From the NCBI RefSeq assembly GCF_001677475.2, contig NZ_CP015229.1: a stretch of DNA of 64,000 bases. One strand, 5' to 3'. The notes beneath the pieces were generated by a model that worked only from the letters and a program-made list of their open reading frames with translations, was not told where the DNA came from and did no database searches. Origin of the DNA: Escherichia coli. Its GTDB lineage: Bacteria > Pseudomonadota > Gammaproteobacteria > Enterobacterales > Enterobacteriaceae. Shown in pieces: positions 25,774 to 36,116 of the stretch (the stretch's first letter is position 1; each line of letters begins with the position of its first letter). Position numbers and translations under genes: made by a program.

Positions 25774-27014
25774 TTTTTCTTTTCCAGCCTCAACGAAATT
25801 AACATTAGTATAAAATAATCGACGGTGACTCTTGCGCTCCAAGCATAAGCCACACCTGCTACAGAAAAATACATAATTGAAAAATATAAAACCAGCAGAT
25901 ATGGAATACATTCAACAAGATGAATGAGCCCCGTAATATTTGCATAACCTTTCGATTGGATTTGAGCAAATGGAACTTGAGCAAGAGAGTTGAATACAAA
26001 ACCTACTAATAATATTTGAAATATATAAGGACTCTCAGTGCTATATTGTTTTCCAAGCCATAAAGTTATAATATCACCAGCCTTCAAAGAAAACATAATA
26101 GCTATAACTATACTAGTTACACTTATTAATAACGTAGCCTCTTTTATTATTTTTCTCCGCTCATCTTTTGTATTATTCTTGCATAGAGCAGGAAAAACTG
26201 TCCTTGCTATAGTTGTCGGTAATATAAGTAACTTTGAAATTGCATCTGCAGGAGCAATATATAACGAAGCTTTAGCGGGGCCAACTGCATTTGATAAGAT
26301 AAATCGATCAATATTTGTAAGCAATGGGTTAATTATACTACTAATACTCGCCCATCCTCCAAAACTTAATAGTGCTTTTGTTTTACTTAGACTAAAATCC
26401 ATTGTAAGCCTATTATTTCTAAAAACAAAGAACACGCTTAAAAGAGCACCAACTATTCTCGCAATCACCAATCCCAAAGTAGCATTAAGCAAACCAACAT
26501 TTCCATGAATGAAAATAACTGGTAGTAGCGCAGTTAACACACCTGTAATTGTTTTTTGTACATTCAATAATTTGAACTTTTCATATCCTTCTAATATCCC
26601 CCAACAAACCATATTAAGAAGATAAAATGGCAGACAGTAGGATAAAATACTTATAGCATATGCAACACTTTCAGTTTGTTCCGGACCACTAATTAAGGAT
26701 GCAATCTTATGGTCGCAGTAATAAAAAATTACGGCTACAACAACACCAATAGATAATGTTAATAAAAATGATGTTGTAATTATTTGACTGGTTGCCTTTT
26801 TGTCGTTTTTATTTAATGATATTTCACGCACAACGGCTCGGGAAAGTCCGAGATCAAATATACTTGCGTATCCAACTATTGTAAAAAACATTAAAAAAAA
26901 GCCAAAGTTAGTTATTCCTAACTCCCTTGCCAAATACCCCATCGCAGGTATTGACAATAAAGTTGGGATTGCATACCCAACCAAATTTATTAAACTATTT
27001 ATTTTAATACTCAT
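25770..27014 (-). CDS. wzx: O-antigen flippase Wzx (polysaccharide transporter family)
   Basis: 414-aa protein with ~12 predicted TM segments, located immediately after rmlC. Confidence 0.7.
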   Translation of the reverse strand: MSIKINSLINLVGYAIPTLLSIPAMGYLARELGITNFGFFLMFFTIVGYASIFDLGLSRAVVREISLNKNDKKATSQIITTSFLLTLSIGVVVAVIFYYCDHKIASLISGPEQTESVAYAISILSYCLPFYLLNMVCWGILEGYEKFKLLNVQKTITGVLTALLPVIFIHGNVGLLNATLGLVIARIVGALLSVFFVFRNNRLTMDFSLSKTKALLSFGGWASISSIINPLLTNIDRFILSNAVGPAKASLYIAPADAISKLLILPTTIARTVFPALCKNNTKDERRKIIKEATLLISVTSIVIAIMFSLKAGDIITLWLGKQYSTESPYIFQILLVGFVFNSLAQVPFAQIQSKGYANITGLIHLVECIPYLLVLYFSIMYFSVAGVAYAWSARVTVDYFILMLISLRLEKKK

Positions 27015-27031
27015 TTTTTAATTATCTTTTG

Positions 27032-27574
27032 TCAATAATTATTTTGTATAAATGGAGTGCCCAAACAATCTTTTTGTGATAAAAGAGGTTCTTTGTATAA
27101 TTGCCAATCTATGTTAAGTAAAGCATCATTCCAAATGATACATTTCTCATGTTCTTTTGAGTAAAAATTATTGGTCTTATACAATATTTCTGAACCTTCT
27201 TCTTTTACATAAAAACCATGTGCAAATCCCTCAGGGATCCACAACTGGCGCTTATTCTCAGCAGATAAATTCACCCCAACCCACTTGCCAAAAGTAGGTG
27301 ACGATTTACGAATATCAACCGCAACATCAAAAACCTCACCAACAACGCAACGTACCAATTTCCCTTGCGCATAAGGTTCTAACTGATAATGCAGCCCGCG
27401 TAAAACACCTTTACTAGACTTCGAATGGTTATCCTGGACAAATTCAACCTTACGTCCTACAGCTTCTTCGAATACTTTCTGATTAAAGCTTTCCATAAAG
27501 AAACCACGCTCATCACCAAAAACTTTCGGCTCGAAAATTAACACATCAGGAATTTCTGTTTTAATTACGTTCAT
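27032..27574 (-). CDS. rmlC: dTDP-4-dehydrorhamnose 3,5-epimerase RmlC
   Basis: 180-aa cupin; rmlBDAC order. Confidence 0.9.
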   Translation of the reverse strand: MNVIKTEIPDVLIFEPKVFGDERGFFMESFNQKVFEEAVGRKVEFVQDNHSKSSKGVLRGLHYQLEPYAQGKLVRCVVGEVFDVAVDIRKSSPTFGKWVGVNLSAENKRQLWIPEGFAHGFYVKEEGSEILYKTNNFYSKEHEKCIIWNDALLNIDWQLYKEPLLSQKDCLGTPFIQNNY

Positions 27575-27578
27575 TTTA

Positions 27579-28457
27579 TTAATAACCTTTAATCATTTTC
27601 AGCAGATACTGTCCATAAGCATTTTTTTTCAGCGGCTCCGCTAATGCTTTCACCTGTTCAGCATCAATAAACCCTTTACGGTAAGCAATTTCTTCTGGGC
27701 AGGAAACCTTTAGTCCCTGGCGCTCTTCAATGGTGGCAATGAAGTTGCTTGCTTCAATAAGACTCTGATGTGTCCCCGTATCCAGCCATGCATAACCACG
27801 CCCCATCATGGCAACGGATAAACGCCCCTGTTCCATATAAATACGGTTAATATCGGTAATTTCCAGTTCACCACGGGCAGAAGGCTTAAGGTTTTTCGCC
27901 ATTTCGACAACGTCGTTATCATAGAAATAAAGCCCGGTTACCGCATAATTACTTTTTGGTTGTAGCGGTTTTTCTTCCAGGCAGATCGCCGTACCGTTTT
28001 TATCAAACTCAACGACACCGTAGCGTTCAGGATCATTAACGTGATAGGCAAATACCGTTGCACCACTTTCTTTGTTAACAGCGACATCCATTAACTTCGG
28101 CAGATCATGACCGTAGAAGATATTATCACCAAGAACCAAAGCACAATCATCACCACCGATAAACTCTTCACCGATAATAAACGCCTGCGCAAGCCCATCT
28201 GGAGTCGGTTGCACTTTGTACTGAAGATTTAGCCCCCACTGGCTACCGTCACCCAGCAGTTGTTGAAAACGAGGAGTATCCTGTGGCGTACTAATAATCA
28301 GAATATCGCGAATACCCGCCAACATCAGTGTAGAGAGCGGGTAATAGATCATCGGCTTATCATAAATAGGTAATAGCTGTTTACTGACAGCCATAGTCAC
28401 AGGATAAAGACGTGTACCAGAACCACCCGCTAAAATAATACCTTTACGCGTTTTCAT
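27579..28457 (-). CDS. rmlA: Glucose-1-phosphate thymidylyltransferase RmlA
   Basis: [19 protein letters not shown] nucleotidyltransferase N-terminus; 292 aa. Confidence 0.95.
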   Translation of the reverse strand: MKTRKGIILAGGSGTRLYPVTMAVSKQLLPIYDKPMIYYPLSTLMLAGIRDILIISTPQDTPRFQQLLGDGSQWGLNLQYKVQPTPDGLAQAFIIGEEFIGGDDCALVLGDNIFYGHDLPKLMDVAVNKESGATVFAYHVNDPERYGVVEFDKNGTAICLEEKPLQPKSNYAVTGLYFYDNDVVEMAKNLKPSARGELEITDINRIYMEQGRLSVAMMGRGYAWLDTGTHQSLIEASNFIATIEERQGLKVSCPEEIAYRKGFIDAEQVKALAEPLKKNAYGQYLLKMIKGY

Positions 28458-28514
28458 TTCATCATTCCTTTTAATTCATCTTGCTCCACCATCACGAACA
28501 AGATGCAAAAACTA

Positions 28515-29414
28515 TTAAATTGCTGTAGTCGTAAATAATTCGTTGAGCATTCGTTTCACACCAACCTGCCACTCAGGCAAGACAAGCGCAAAGTTCTGCT
28601 GAAATTTTTCTGTATTAAGGCGAGAGTTATGTGGACGACGAGCTGGTGTAGGATAGGCTGTTGTTGGTACTGCGTTGAGCTTGTTGAGTGCAAGGGGAAT
28701 ACCTGCTTTGCGCGCCTCTTCAAAAACCAGCGCAGCATAATCGTGCCAGGTTGTGGTACCACTGGCTACCAGATGGTACAAACCTGCGACTTCCGGTTTA
28801 TTCAGTGCCACACGAATAACATGTGCCGTACAATCAGCCAGCAGCTCAGCACCTGTTGGCGCACCAAATTGATCATTTATCACAGCCAGTTCTTCGCGCT
28901 CTTTTGCCAGACGCAACATCGTTTTGGCGAAGTTATTTCCTTTACCTGCGTATACCCAGCTGGTACGGAAAATAAGATGCTTCGCGCAATGTTCCTGTAA
29001 CGCTTTTTCTCCGGCTAACTTGGTTTCACCGTAAACATTTAGCGGTGCGGTTGCATCCGTCTCCAGCCATGGCGTGTCGCCATTTCCAGGGAAGACGTAG
29101 TCAGTTGAGTAATGAATTACCCAAGCCCCAACTTCATTAGCCGCTTTTGCAATTGATTCAACGCTAGTCGCATTGAGTAATTGTGCAAATTCGGGTTCTG
29201 ACTCAGCCTTATCTACTGCGGTGTGAGCCGCAGCATTAACAATAACATCAGGTCGAATTCTTTTGACTGTTTCAGCTACACCTTCAGGATTACTAAAATC
29301 ACCACAATAATCAGTGGAGTGAACATCAAGAGCAATCAAATTACCCAAAGGTGCCAGAGCACGCTGTAGTTCCCAACCTACCTGCCCTGTTTTGCCGAAA
29401 AGGAGGATATTCAT
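28515..29414 (-). CDS. rmlD: dTDP-4-dehydrorhamnose reductase RmlD
   Basis: [20 protein letters not shown]; 299 aa. Confidence 0.95.
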   Translation of the reverse strand: MNILLFGKTGQVGWELQRALAPLGNLIALDVHSTDYCGDFSNPEGVAETVKRIRPDVIVNAAAHTAVDKAESEPEFAQLLNATSVESIAKAANEVGAWVIHYSTDYVFPGNGDTPWLETDATAPLNVYGETKLAGEKALQEHCAKHLIFRTSWVYAGKGNNFAKTMLRLAKEREELAVINDQFGAPTGAELLADCTAHVIRVALNKPEVAGLYHLVASGTTTWHDYAALVFEEARKAGIPLALNKLNAVPTTAYPTPARRPHNSRLNTEKFQQNFALVLPEWQVGVKRMLNELFTTTAI

Positions 29415-30499
29415 TACTGGCGGCCCTCATAGTTCTGTGCAATCCACGATTGATAGGCACCACTTTTCACATTATCAACCCATTTTGTATTGGACAGGTA
29501 CCATTCCACTGTCTTCCGAATCCCGCTCTCAAACGTTTCCTGCGGTTTCCAGCCCAATTCGCGGCTAATCTTCTCAGCATCAATCGCATAACGGCGATCG
29601 TGTCCCGGGCGGTCGGCAACATAAGTAATTTGCTCACGATAAGATTTCTCTTTCGGTACAATCTCATCCAGCAAATCACAAATAGTAAGCACTACATCGA
29701 TGTTTTTCTTTTCGTTGTGTCCGCCAATATTATAGGTTTCGCCTGCTTTACCTTCAGTAACGACTGTATATAACGCTCGAGCATGATCCTCGACATACAA
29801 CCAATCGCGAATTTGATCCCCTTTACCATAAATAGGTAATGCTTTACCTTCCAGAGCATTCAGAATAACCAATGGAATCAATTTTTCCGGGAAATGATAA
29901 GGGCCATAATTGTTAGAGCAATTAGTCACAATGGTCGGTAAACCATAGGTACGTTTCCACGCGCGGACTAAATGATCGCTGGATGCTTTGGATGCGGAAT
30001 AAGGGCTGCTTGGTGCGTAAGCTGTTGTCTCAGTAAATAAGGGTAATTTTTCTTTATTATTTACTTCGTCAGGATGAGGCAAATCACCATAGACTTCGTC
30101 AGTAGAAATATGATGAAAACGGAAGCTATTTTTCTTGTCGCTATCAAGAGCAGACCAGTAATTGCGAGCGGCTTCCAAAAGGACATAAGTACCAACAATA
30201 TTGGTTTCAATAAATGCCGCAGGGCCTGTAATTGAACGATCCACATGGCTTTCAGCAGCCAGGTGCATCACTGCATCCGGCTGATGCAGAGCAAAAATCC
30301 GCGCCATTGCAGCAGCATCGCAAATATCCGCATGTTCAAAAACATAGCGTTCAGAATCAGAAACATCAGCAAGTGATTCCAGGTTTCCGGCGTACGTTAA
30401 TTTATCGACATTAACAACACTATCCTGCGTATTATTTATAATGTGACGAACTACAGCAGAACCAATAAATCCTGCGCCACCAGTAACAAGTATTTTCAC
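29414..30499 (-). CDS. rmlB: dTDP-glucose 4,6-dehydratase RmlB
   Basis: [20 protein letters not shown]; 361 aa SDR. Confidence 0.95.
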   Translation of the reverse strand: MKILVTGGAGFIGSAVVRHIINNTQDSVVNVDKLTYAGNLESLADVSDSERYVFEHADICDAAAMARIFALHQPDAVMHLAAESHVDRSITGPAAFIETNIVGTYVLLEAARNYWSALDSDKKNSFRFHHISTDEVYGDLPHPDEVNNKEKLPLFTETTAYAPSSPYSASKASSDHLVRAWKRTYGLPTIVTNCSNNYGPYHFPEKLIPLVILNALEGKALPIYGKGDQIRDWLYVEDHARALYTVVTEGKAGETYNIGGHNEKKNIDVVLTICDLLDEIVPKEKSYREQITYVADRPGHDRRYAIDAEKISRELGWKPQETFESGIRKTVEWYLSNTKWVDNVKSGAYQSWIAQNYEGRQ

Positions 30500-30573
30500 T
30501 TAATTATTCCATATTACTTCAGAGCATGCTGTGAAATAAGCGGCTCTTAGTTTGATTAATAGAGGTATTAATG

Positions 30574-30612
30574 CACGCTACCGCCCCTGGCTTTACAGCT
30601 ACCAGAGCACTG
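30574..30612 (-). promoter_or_regulatory. JUMPstart element containing ops (GGCGGTAGCGTG) upstream of the O-antigen operon
   Basis: Minus-strand read: cagtgctctggtagctgtaaagccaggggcggtagcgtg, matching the remembered 39-bp JUMPstart consensus. Confidence 0.9.
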
Positions 30613-30870
30613 CATGCATGCCTACGATGTGACGAGCGTTACCCACTCGCGCTAAACCCGAAAAATTCAAACACTAATTGTCTTACCAATCCGCTCTGGA
30701 AACAAGGAAAATCCTGGAAAACTTTGACTAAAATCCTATTGCTAACTCGTTGTTATCCTGATTGTTTATATAAAACAACGGCAGGAATATTCGCAACAAA
30801 TTACTTTCGCCACGAATCTTCACTGCCGTTATAATTTTCTTATCAACCGTTACATTCGGTCAGATTTTCA

Positions 30871-31764
30871 TTATTCGCTTAACAGCTTCTCAATGCCTTT
30901 ACGGAACTTCGCCCCTTCTTTCAGGTTGCGTAGTCCATACTTCACGAACGCTTGCATATAACCCATTTTTTTACCGCAGTCGTAGCTGTCACCAGTCATC
31001 AGCATTGCATCAACAGACTGTTTTTTCGCCAGTTCGGCAATGGCATCTGTCAGTTGGATACGTCCCCATGCACCTGGCTGAGTGCGTTCAAGTTCCGGCC
31101 AAATATCGGCAGAAAGCACATAGCGACCAACGGCCATGATGTCTGAGTCCAGCGTCTGCGGCTGATCCGGTTTTTCGATGAATTCAACAATGCGGCTGAC
31201 TTTACCTTCGCGATCCAGTGGTTCTTTGGTCTGAATAACGGAGTATTCAGAGAGGTCACCCGGCATACGTTTTGCCAGCACCTGGCTGCGGCCCGTTTCG
31301 TTGAAGCGCGCAATCATGGCAGCAAGGTTGTAGCGCAGCGGGTCGGCGCTGGCGTCATCGATCACAACGTCTGGCAGCACCACGACAAATGGGTTGTCAC
31401 CAATGGCGGGTCGTGCACACAAAATGGAGTGGCCCAAACCTAAAGGTTCGCCCTGACGCACGTTCATAATGGTCACGCCCGGTGGACAGATGGACTGCAC
31501 TTCCGCAAGCAGTTGACGCTTCACGCGCTGCTCAAGGAGAGATTCTAATTCATAAGAGGTGTCGAAGTGGTTTTCGACCGCGTTCTTGGACGCGTGAGTT
31601 ACCAGGAGGATTTCTTTGATCCCTGCAGCAACAATCTCGTCAACAATGTACTGAATCATTGGCTTGTCGACGATCGGTAGCATCTCTTTGGGAATCGCCT
31701 TAGTGGCAGGCAACATATGCATCCCAAGACCCGCTACAGGAATAACTGCTTTTAAATTCGTCAT
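30871..31764 (-). CDS. galF: UTP-glucose-1-phosphate uridylyltransferase-like regulatory subunit GalF (start at [14 protein letters not shown])
   Basis: ORF translation; conserved position between cps and O-antigen clusters. Confidence 0.95.
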   Translation of the reverse strand: MTNLKAVIPVAGLGMHMLPATKAIPKEMLPIVDKPMIQYIVDEIVAAGIKEILLVTHASKNAVENHFDTSYELESLLEQRVKRQLLAEVQSICPPGVTIMNVRQGEPLGLGHSILCARPAIGDNPFVVVLPDVVIDDASADPLRYNLAAMIARFNETGRSQVLAKRMPGDLSEYSVIQTKEPLDREGKVSRIVEFIEKPDQPQTLDSDIMAVGRYVLSADIWPELERTQPGAWGRIQLTDAIAELAKKQSVDAMLMTGDSYDCGKKMGYMQAFVKYGLRNLKEGAKFRKGIEKLLSE

Positions 31765-31938
31765 TATTTCATCCACCTGTAAAATGGTTGCTGAATTATA
31801 GCTTGTTCGATTTTTTTCGCCAGCATCAATTACCCTGAATTGATTACTGAATTACTTTTGATGTTACGCCGCTTCGTTGTGGATTGCAGTAGCATTGTTC
31901 CTAAGTATGGCTCCATTTTTCCAGGAATGGTCGCAAAT

Positions 31939-33333
31939 CTACTCCCTCCGTTCCGGCAATCTAAAGTTAATCTTTTCCACATTAACAATATGGTGATTTA
32001 TCCTGTCGATATCGACGGAGCTTTGCCCTCTTTCATTCACCGCATGAACATTTGCAAGAGACAGTAGTGTTTCTTTTTTCGCCATATAAACGCCGCGAAC
32101 GTCTTTGCGCATGTCAAAGTTCATGCTCAATGCTGGTCCAACAGAGGATTCCTGCATCACTTTGATATTACGCATAAAAAGGTGTTGCGGCTTGTTGTGT
32201 AGCTCCAGCGAGGCACGCTTCATCTCAATGTTAGTCAGTGCCACAAAGGAGACGGCATTCCCGGCTGAGATTTGGATACCGCGCAATTTATAAACAAGGT
32301 GGGTGTTATCCAGTTGAATATTATTCACTCGGAAATTTTGTGGTATCGAGAGATATTTGCCTTTAATTACCCCATAGCCGATTAACATCCCGGCACTATT
32401 AATCATTTCAATATTATCAATCACGAAATTATCACAACCGTAAATAGCGACTGTCGCGTTATCAATACCTGCTTTCTTACTGAAATCCGGCGTGATATTG
32501 CGGGCTTTGATATTACGGATAACAAAATGTTTACCATTTTCAACATGGATCAACTGCCGACAATCCGATCCCGTGATATTCGCCACGACAAAGTTTTTCA
32601 CTGCCTGGTCTTCCGGGTAATTATTATCATAAGTGCTTCCCGCAAGACCTATGCCAATGCCCCAGTTGATTTTGCCGTTAGTACAGTTGATGCGCTCGAT
32701 GATGTGGTCGGAGATCAAAATATCACTGTCGTTAATCGCCACGTTCCATTCAATAGCGTCCCCCTGTAAGTCGCTGAACTTACAATTGGTGATGTTGGCA
32801 CCGATAATCTGGTTATGAAATCCCTGGCGTAAGATGGCGTAATTAGCGTGGCTGACAGTGAGGTTATCGATGGTCAGGTTGCGCATGACCCGTTTGTTTT
32901 TGCCGCCGATATAAATCTGCGTTACCGGGCCAAAGCCGCTCATCACCAGCCCTTTGATGGAGCAGTCAGAACCGCGCACATCCAGGGTGATGTTATGCAT
33001 ACTGCCGCCCTCCTCCCCTGTCACCTGGCTGCCGTCCTGTAAGACAAATCGCCCTCTGCCGTTGCCGCGCAGGCTTCCAAGGATGTGTAACGTTTTACCG
33101 GGAGGGATAAAGATGCCGGTGTTGATATTGTCACAAACCAATCCGGCAGGCACGACGACCGTTTGCCCTTCGCTGAAGGCTTGTTTAAATGAGGCGATCC
33201 AGTCGTGAGGGTTGTAGTCGTTAATGTTAACGCTTTGTCGGGCGGGAAGCGCGCGGGCGAAAGGGGTATGGAGGAAGGCAAGCGCCGAGCTTGCCGTCAG
33301 GAAGGTGCGTCGGGAGAGTGTTTTAAATGGCAT
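31939..33333 (-). CDS. wcaM: Colanic acid biosynthesis protein WcaM
   Basis: 464 aa with N-terminal Tat-like signal ([13 protein letters not shown]); synteny. Confidence 0.9.
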   Translation of the reverse strand: MPFKTLSRRTFLTASSALAFLHTPFARALPARQSVNINDYNPHDWIASFKQAFSEGQTVVVPAGLVCDNINTGIFIPPGKTLHILGSLRGNGRGRFVLQDGSQVTGEEGGSMHNITLDVRGSDCSIKGLVMSGFGPVTQIYIGGKNKRVMRNLTIDNLTVSHANYAILRQGFHNQIIGANITNCKFSDLQGDAIEWNVAINDSDILISDHIIERINCTNGKINWGIGIGLAGSTYDNNYPEDQAVKNFVVANITGSDCRQLIHVENGKHFVIRNIKARNITPDFSKKAGIDNATVAIYGCDNFVIDNIEMINSAGMLIGYGVIKGKYLSIPQNFRVNNIQLDNTHLVYKLRGIQISAGNAVSFVALTNIEMKRASLELHNKPQHLFMRNIKVMQESSVGPALSMNFDMRKDVRGVYMAKKETLLSLANVHAVNERGQSSVDIDRINHHIVNVEKINFRLPERRE

Positions 33334-33343
33334 ACGTTCTCCT

Positions 33344-34564
33344 CTATAAAGCCTGCAGCAGGCTGGCGAGTTCTCGATTGATCACCTGCTGGTTAAAATC
33401 GTGTTCGACTTTTTCGCGAGCACGTTTGATAACCGGAGCCAGTTCGTCAGTGTCCAGTTGGCTAAATGCCGCCAGGCGTTGCGCCAGTGCGCGAGCATCG
33501 TTCTCAGGCACCAGCCAGCCGGATTTATCGGCCTCCACCAGTTCCGGTATTCCGCTATGCAGAGTAGAAACCACCGGAATGCCGACCGCCATCGCTTCCA
33601 TCAGCGCTACCGGAATGCCTTCCATATCGCCATCCGCGCCCGTTACCGATGGCAACAGGAAGACATCCGCGTCGTCGAGCATCGCTTTCACTTCGTGGCT
33701 CGGTTTAAAGCCCGGCATCTCTACCACATCTTCCAGTTGATATTGTTCGATGAGGGTACGCAGGCGTCGTTCCCACGGGCCAATGCCGAGGATGCGATAG
33801 CGAAATGCCATGCCCTGCTCTTTCAACTGACGGCAGGCTTCGATCGCCACATGCAGGCCTTTTTTCTCGGTTAAGCGTGCGACGGAAATGATTTCCAGCG
33901 GCGTTGCGGGCGCTTTCACCGGACGCGGGCTAAAGCGCGTCATGTCCACGCCCATACGCGATACGGCAATTTTTTCCCTCGGGCAGCCCATTTTTTGCAG
34001 CCTTCCGGCCCACAGATCGCTTATTGGTAACATCAGGTCGCCACGGCGAAACAGTTGTTGATATTCGGGAGTGTAGTGGTTGAGCACTTCCCGACTGGAG
34101 ATATCAATACCGTGGAAGATGGTGGCAATTTTGCCGCGAATGACACCCAGTTCGCGTAGTTTTGCTGCGGTTACCCCCGCAGGGCCAAAATGAGCGATAA
34201 AGACATCGGCATAAAATGGTGTTGCGACCTGGCCGCAAATGGCAGACAAAATCAGGTTCCGCGACTCGGCACCATAGCGTTTGAGGTTAAGCGCCTGCCA
34301 GGTATTTTTGCGATGAATGCCGCGTAAGGTCTGGCTGGCGCGGTGGCGCAGCTTCGCCACTTTGCCCGTAGGTTCGTCCTGTAACCAACGGGTTCTGGCG
34401 GCAAGGTTGTATTTCGTCCATGCCGCGTGGGTGTTCTGGGTGTCGCCTTTTTGCAGCGCAACAATCTCCACTTCAAAGCCCATATCAATAAACGCGGTAA
34501 TTTGATTGAGGACGAAGGTTTCTGACGACAGCGGAAATTTCAATAAGAAGAAGCCGACCTTCAT
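33344..34564 (-). CDS. wcaL: Colanic acid glycosyltransferase WcaL (GT1)
   Basis: 406 aa; GT-B fold motifs; synteny. Confidence 0.9.
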   Translation of the reverse strand: MKVGFFLLKFPLSSETFVLNQITAFIDMGFEVEIVALQKGDTQNTHAAWTKYNLAARTRWLQDEPTGKVAKLRHRASQTLRGIHRKNTWQALNLKRYGAESRNLILSAICGQVATPFYADVFIAHFGPAGVTAAKLRELGVIRGKIATIFHGIDISSREVLNHYTPEYQQLFRRGDLMLPISDLWAGRLQKMGCPREKIAVSRMGVDMTRFSPRPVKAPATPLEIISVARLTEKKGLHVAIEACRQLKEQGMAFRYRILGIGPWERRLRTLIEQYQLEDVVEMPGFKPSHEVKAMLDDADVFLLPSVTGADGDMEGIPVALMEAMAVGIPVVSTLHSGIPELVEADKSGWLVPENDARALAQRLAAFSQLDTDELAPVIKRAREKVEHDFNQQVINRELASLLQAL

Positions 34565-35841
34565 TTCGCCTCCCCGATGCGCTCAAGCACAGACTGCACC
34601 ATCTGCATTCCCGTCTGACGTTCGCGACTGACGGCTTCGTTAAGTCGAGCGTTCAGCACCGGAAGCTGGCCTAAGGTATCCGCAACCATCGTTTGCAGGC
34701 TGCCGTCTAATAAATGACGGATATCAATCGCCATCTCTGGCAGTCCCAGCTGCTGCATAATCCCGGCGGATTTATGTTCATAGTTGATGGCAATCGCCGG
34801 AGTGGCAAAGTTCATTGAGATAATGGCGGAGTGCAGGCGCGTACCGACGGTGAGTTCACAGGCCCCCAGAATTTTGCCCATTTCCAGATCGTTAAGTTCA
34901 TCCATCACTACGTGATAACGGGCAGGATCGCTGATGTGCTGGCGCAGGTTGAGCGCCACCATGCGGTCGTCTTTGTTATAGCTGTCGATGCCCGTACAGG
35001 TGGAGAGCGCAATGACCTGATAGCCTTCGTCGAGAATGCGATTGACCACCCCGGCAAAGGCTTTTTCATACGCTTGTTGGGTGGTGCCGAGACGTTTGTC
35101 GAACGGTGCCAGTTCGCGCAGGGTAATTGCCACCGCTTTCTGTTGTGCGGCAACATCCAGCCAGTGTTGAACAGCATAGCTGGCGGTGAAGTCTTCAATG
35201 TGGTGATCGACCAGCCACGCGGTATCGACGCCATGTTCCACTTTTGCAGTGGTGATATTGCTGCGTTTCATCAGATCAAGGCTGACCGATTCGCGCAGGA
35301 TCAGCGCGTCACAGTGACCAAAAACGTAGTTCGCCAGTTGGTTAAATTGCTCATCCTGGAAGGGACCGACGCTGTGACCAATCATAAACAGCGGCTTTTT
35401 CGCCATAAACGTGCAAAGTGCATGTTCAAACTGCGGCACGCCGTAGAGATCGACAAAAAACGATCCGCCGACCTGAATAATGGCGTCGTAACCTGACAGC
35501 AAGCGCACGAAGTCGGTGAATCCCTGGGCGATGGCGATATTACGCAGCTTGCCAGTGTCGGTGACGCGTGAGAGCAATACCTGATGTTGGTAGCGGCGAC
35601 GGAGGACTTTTTTAACGCGCCCGACAACGCCCGCCGCGCTGTTGTGTTGTTTCATTTGCAGGAACAACGGATCGCCCATTACCGGGCGGTTGAGCAGCCA
35701 GGAAGAACTGACCGGATAGCGGCTCATCACGTCCACTTCGGCATGTGGATTGAGGATGTTGATGGCATCAAGTAAGCCGCGCAAGATGGCGCTGTCGCCG
35801 CGATTGCCGCAAGTATGGTTGCCAAGAATAAGTAATTTCAT
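34561..35841 (-). CDS. wcaK: Colanic acid pyruvyl transferase WcaK
   Basis: 426 aa; synteny. Confidence 0.9.
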   Translation of the reverse strand: MKLLILGNHTCGNRGDSAILRGLLDAINILNPHAEVDVMSRYPVSSSWLLNRPVMGDPLFLQMKQHNSAAGVVGRVKKVLRRRYQHQVLLSRVTDTGKLRNIAIAQGFTDFVRLLSGYDAIIQVGGSFFVDLYGVPQFEHALCTFMAKKPLFMIGHSVGPFQDEQFNQLANYVFGHCDALILRESVSLDLMKRSNITTAKVEHGVDTAWLVDHHIEDFTASYAVQHWLDVAAQQKAVAITLRELAPFDKRLGTTQQAYEKAFAGVVNRILDEGYQVIALSTCTGIDSYNKDDRMVALNLRQHISDPARYHVVMDELNDLEMGKILGACELTVGTRLHSAIISMNFATPAIAINYEHKSAGIMQQLGLPEMAIDIRHLLDGSLQTMVADTLGQLPVLNARLNEAVSRERQTGMQMVQSVLERIGEAK

Positions 35842-35902
35842 TTTTTCCTCATAAATTTGATGCCAGGTGAGGCTGTGTTTGTTTTGTTCGTTGCCGCTTT
35901 TT

Positions 35903-36090
35903 GCCTGATGCGACGCTGGCGCGTCTTATCAGGCCTACAAGACCCGAGCACAGAACCGTAGGCCGGATAAGGCGTTCACGCCGCATCCGGCATTCAGTGC
36001 CTGATGCGACGCTGACGCGTCTTATCAGGCCTACAGGTCCCGAGCACAGAACCGTAGGACGGATAAGGCGTTTTACGCCGCATCCGGCAA
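35903..36090. repeat. BIME/REP cluster: two tandem ~90-bp units (gcctgatgcgacgctg[gc/ac]gcgtcttatcaggcctaca...ccgtagg.cggataaggcg...ccgcatccggca)
   Basis: Two near-identical palindromic units read directly; ORF-track ORFs here are spurious. Confidence 0.9.
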
Positions 36091-36116
36091 CCATTGCCGG
36101 AACCGAAAACAACAAC

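Noticed and set aside
30571-30834. 87-aa plus-strand ORF in the galF-rmlB spacer
   Set aside because: It overlaps the JUMPstart/ops regulatory element on the opposite strand, has no RBS, and sits in a known non-coding leader.
15597-30870. Possibility that the AT-rich island is a prophage, integrative element or defence island
   Set aside because: Every ORF is accounted for by sugar-nucleotide synthesis, glycosyltransferase, flippase or polymerase functions; there is no integrase, transposase, tRNA attachment site or nuclease/helicase-type defence gene. It is an O-antigen cluster.
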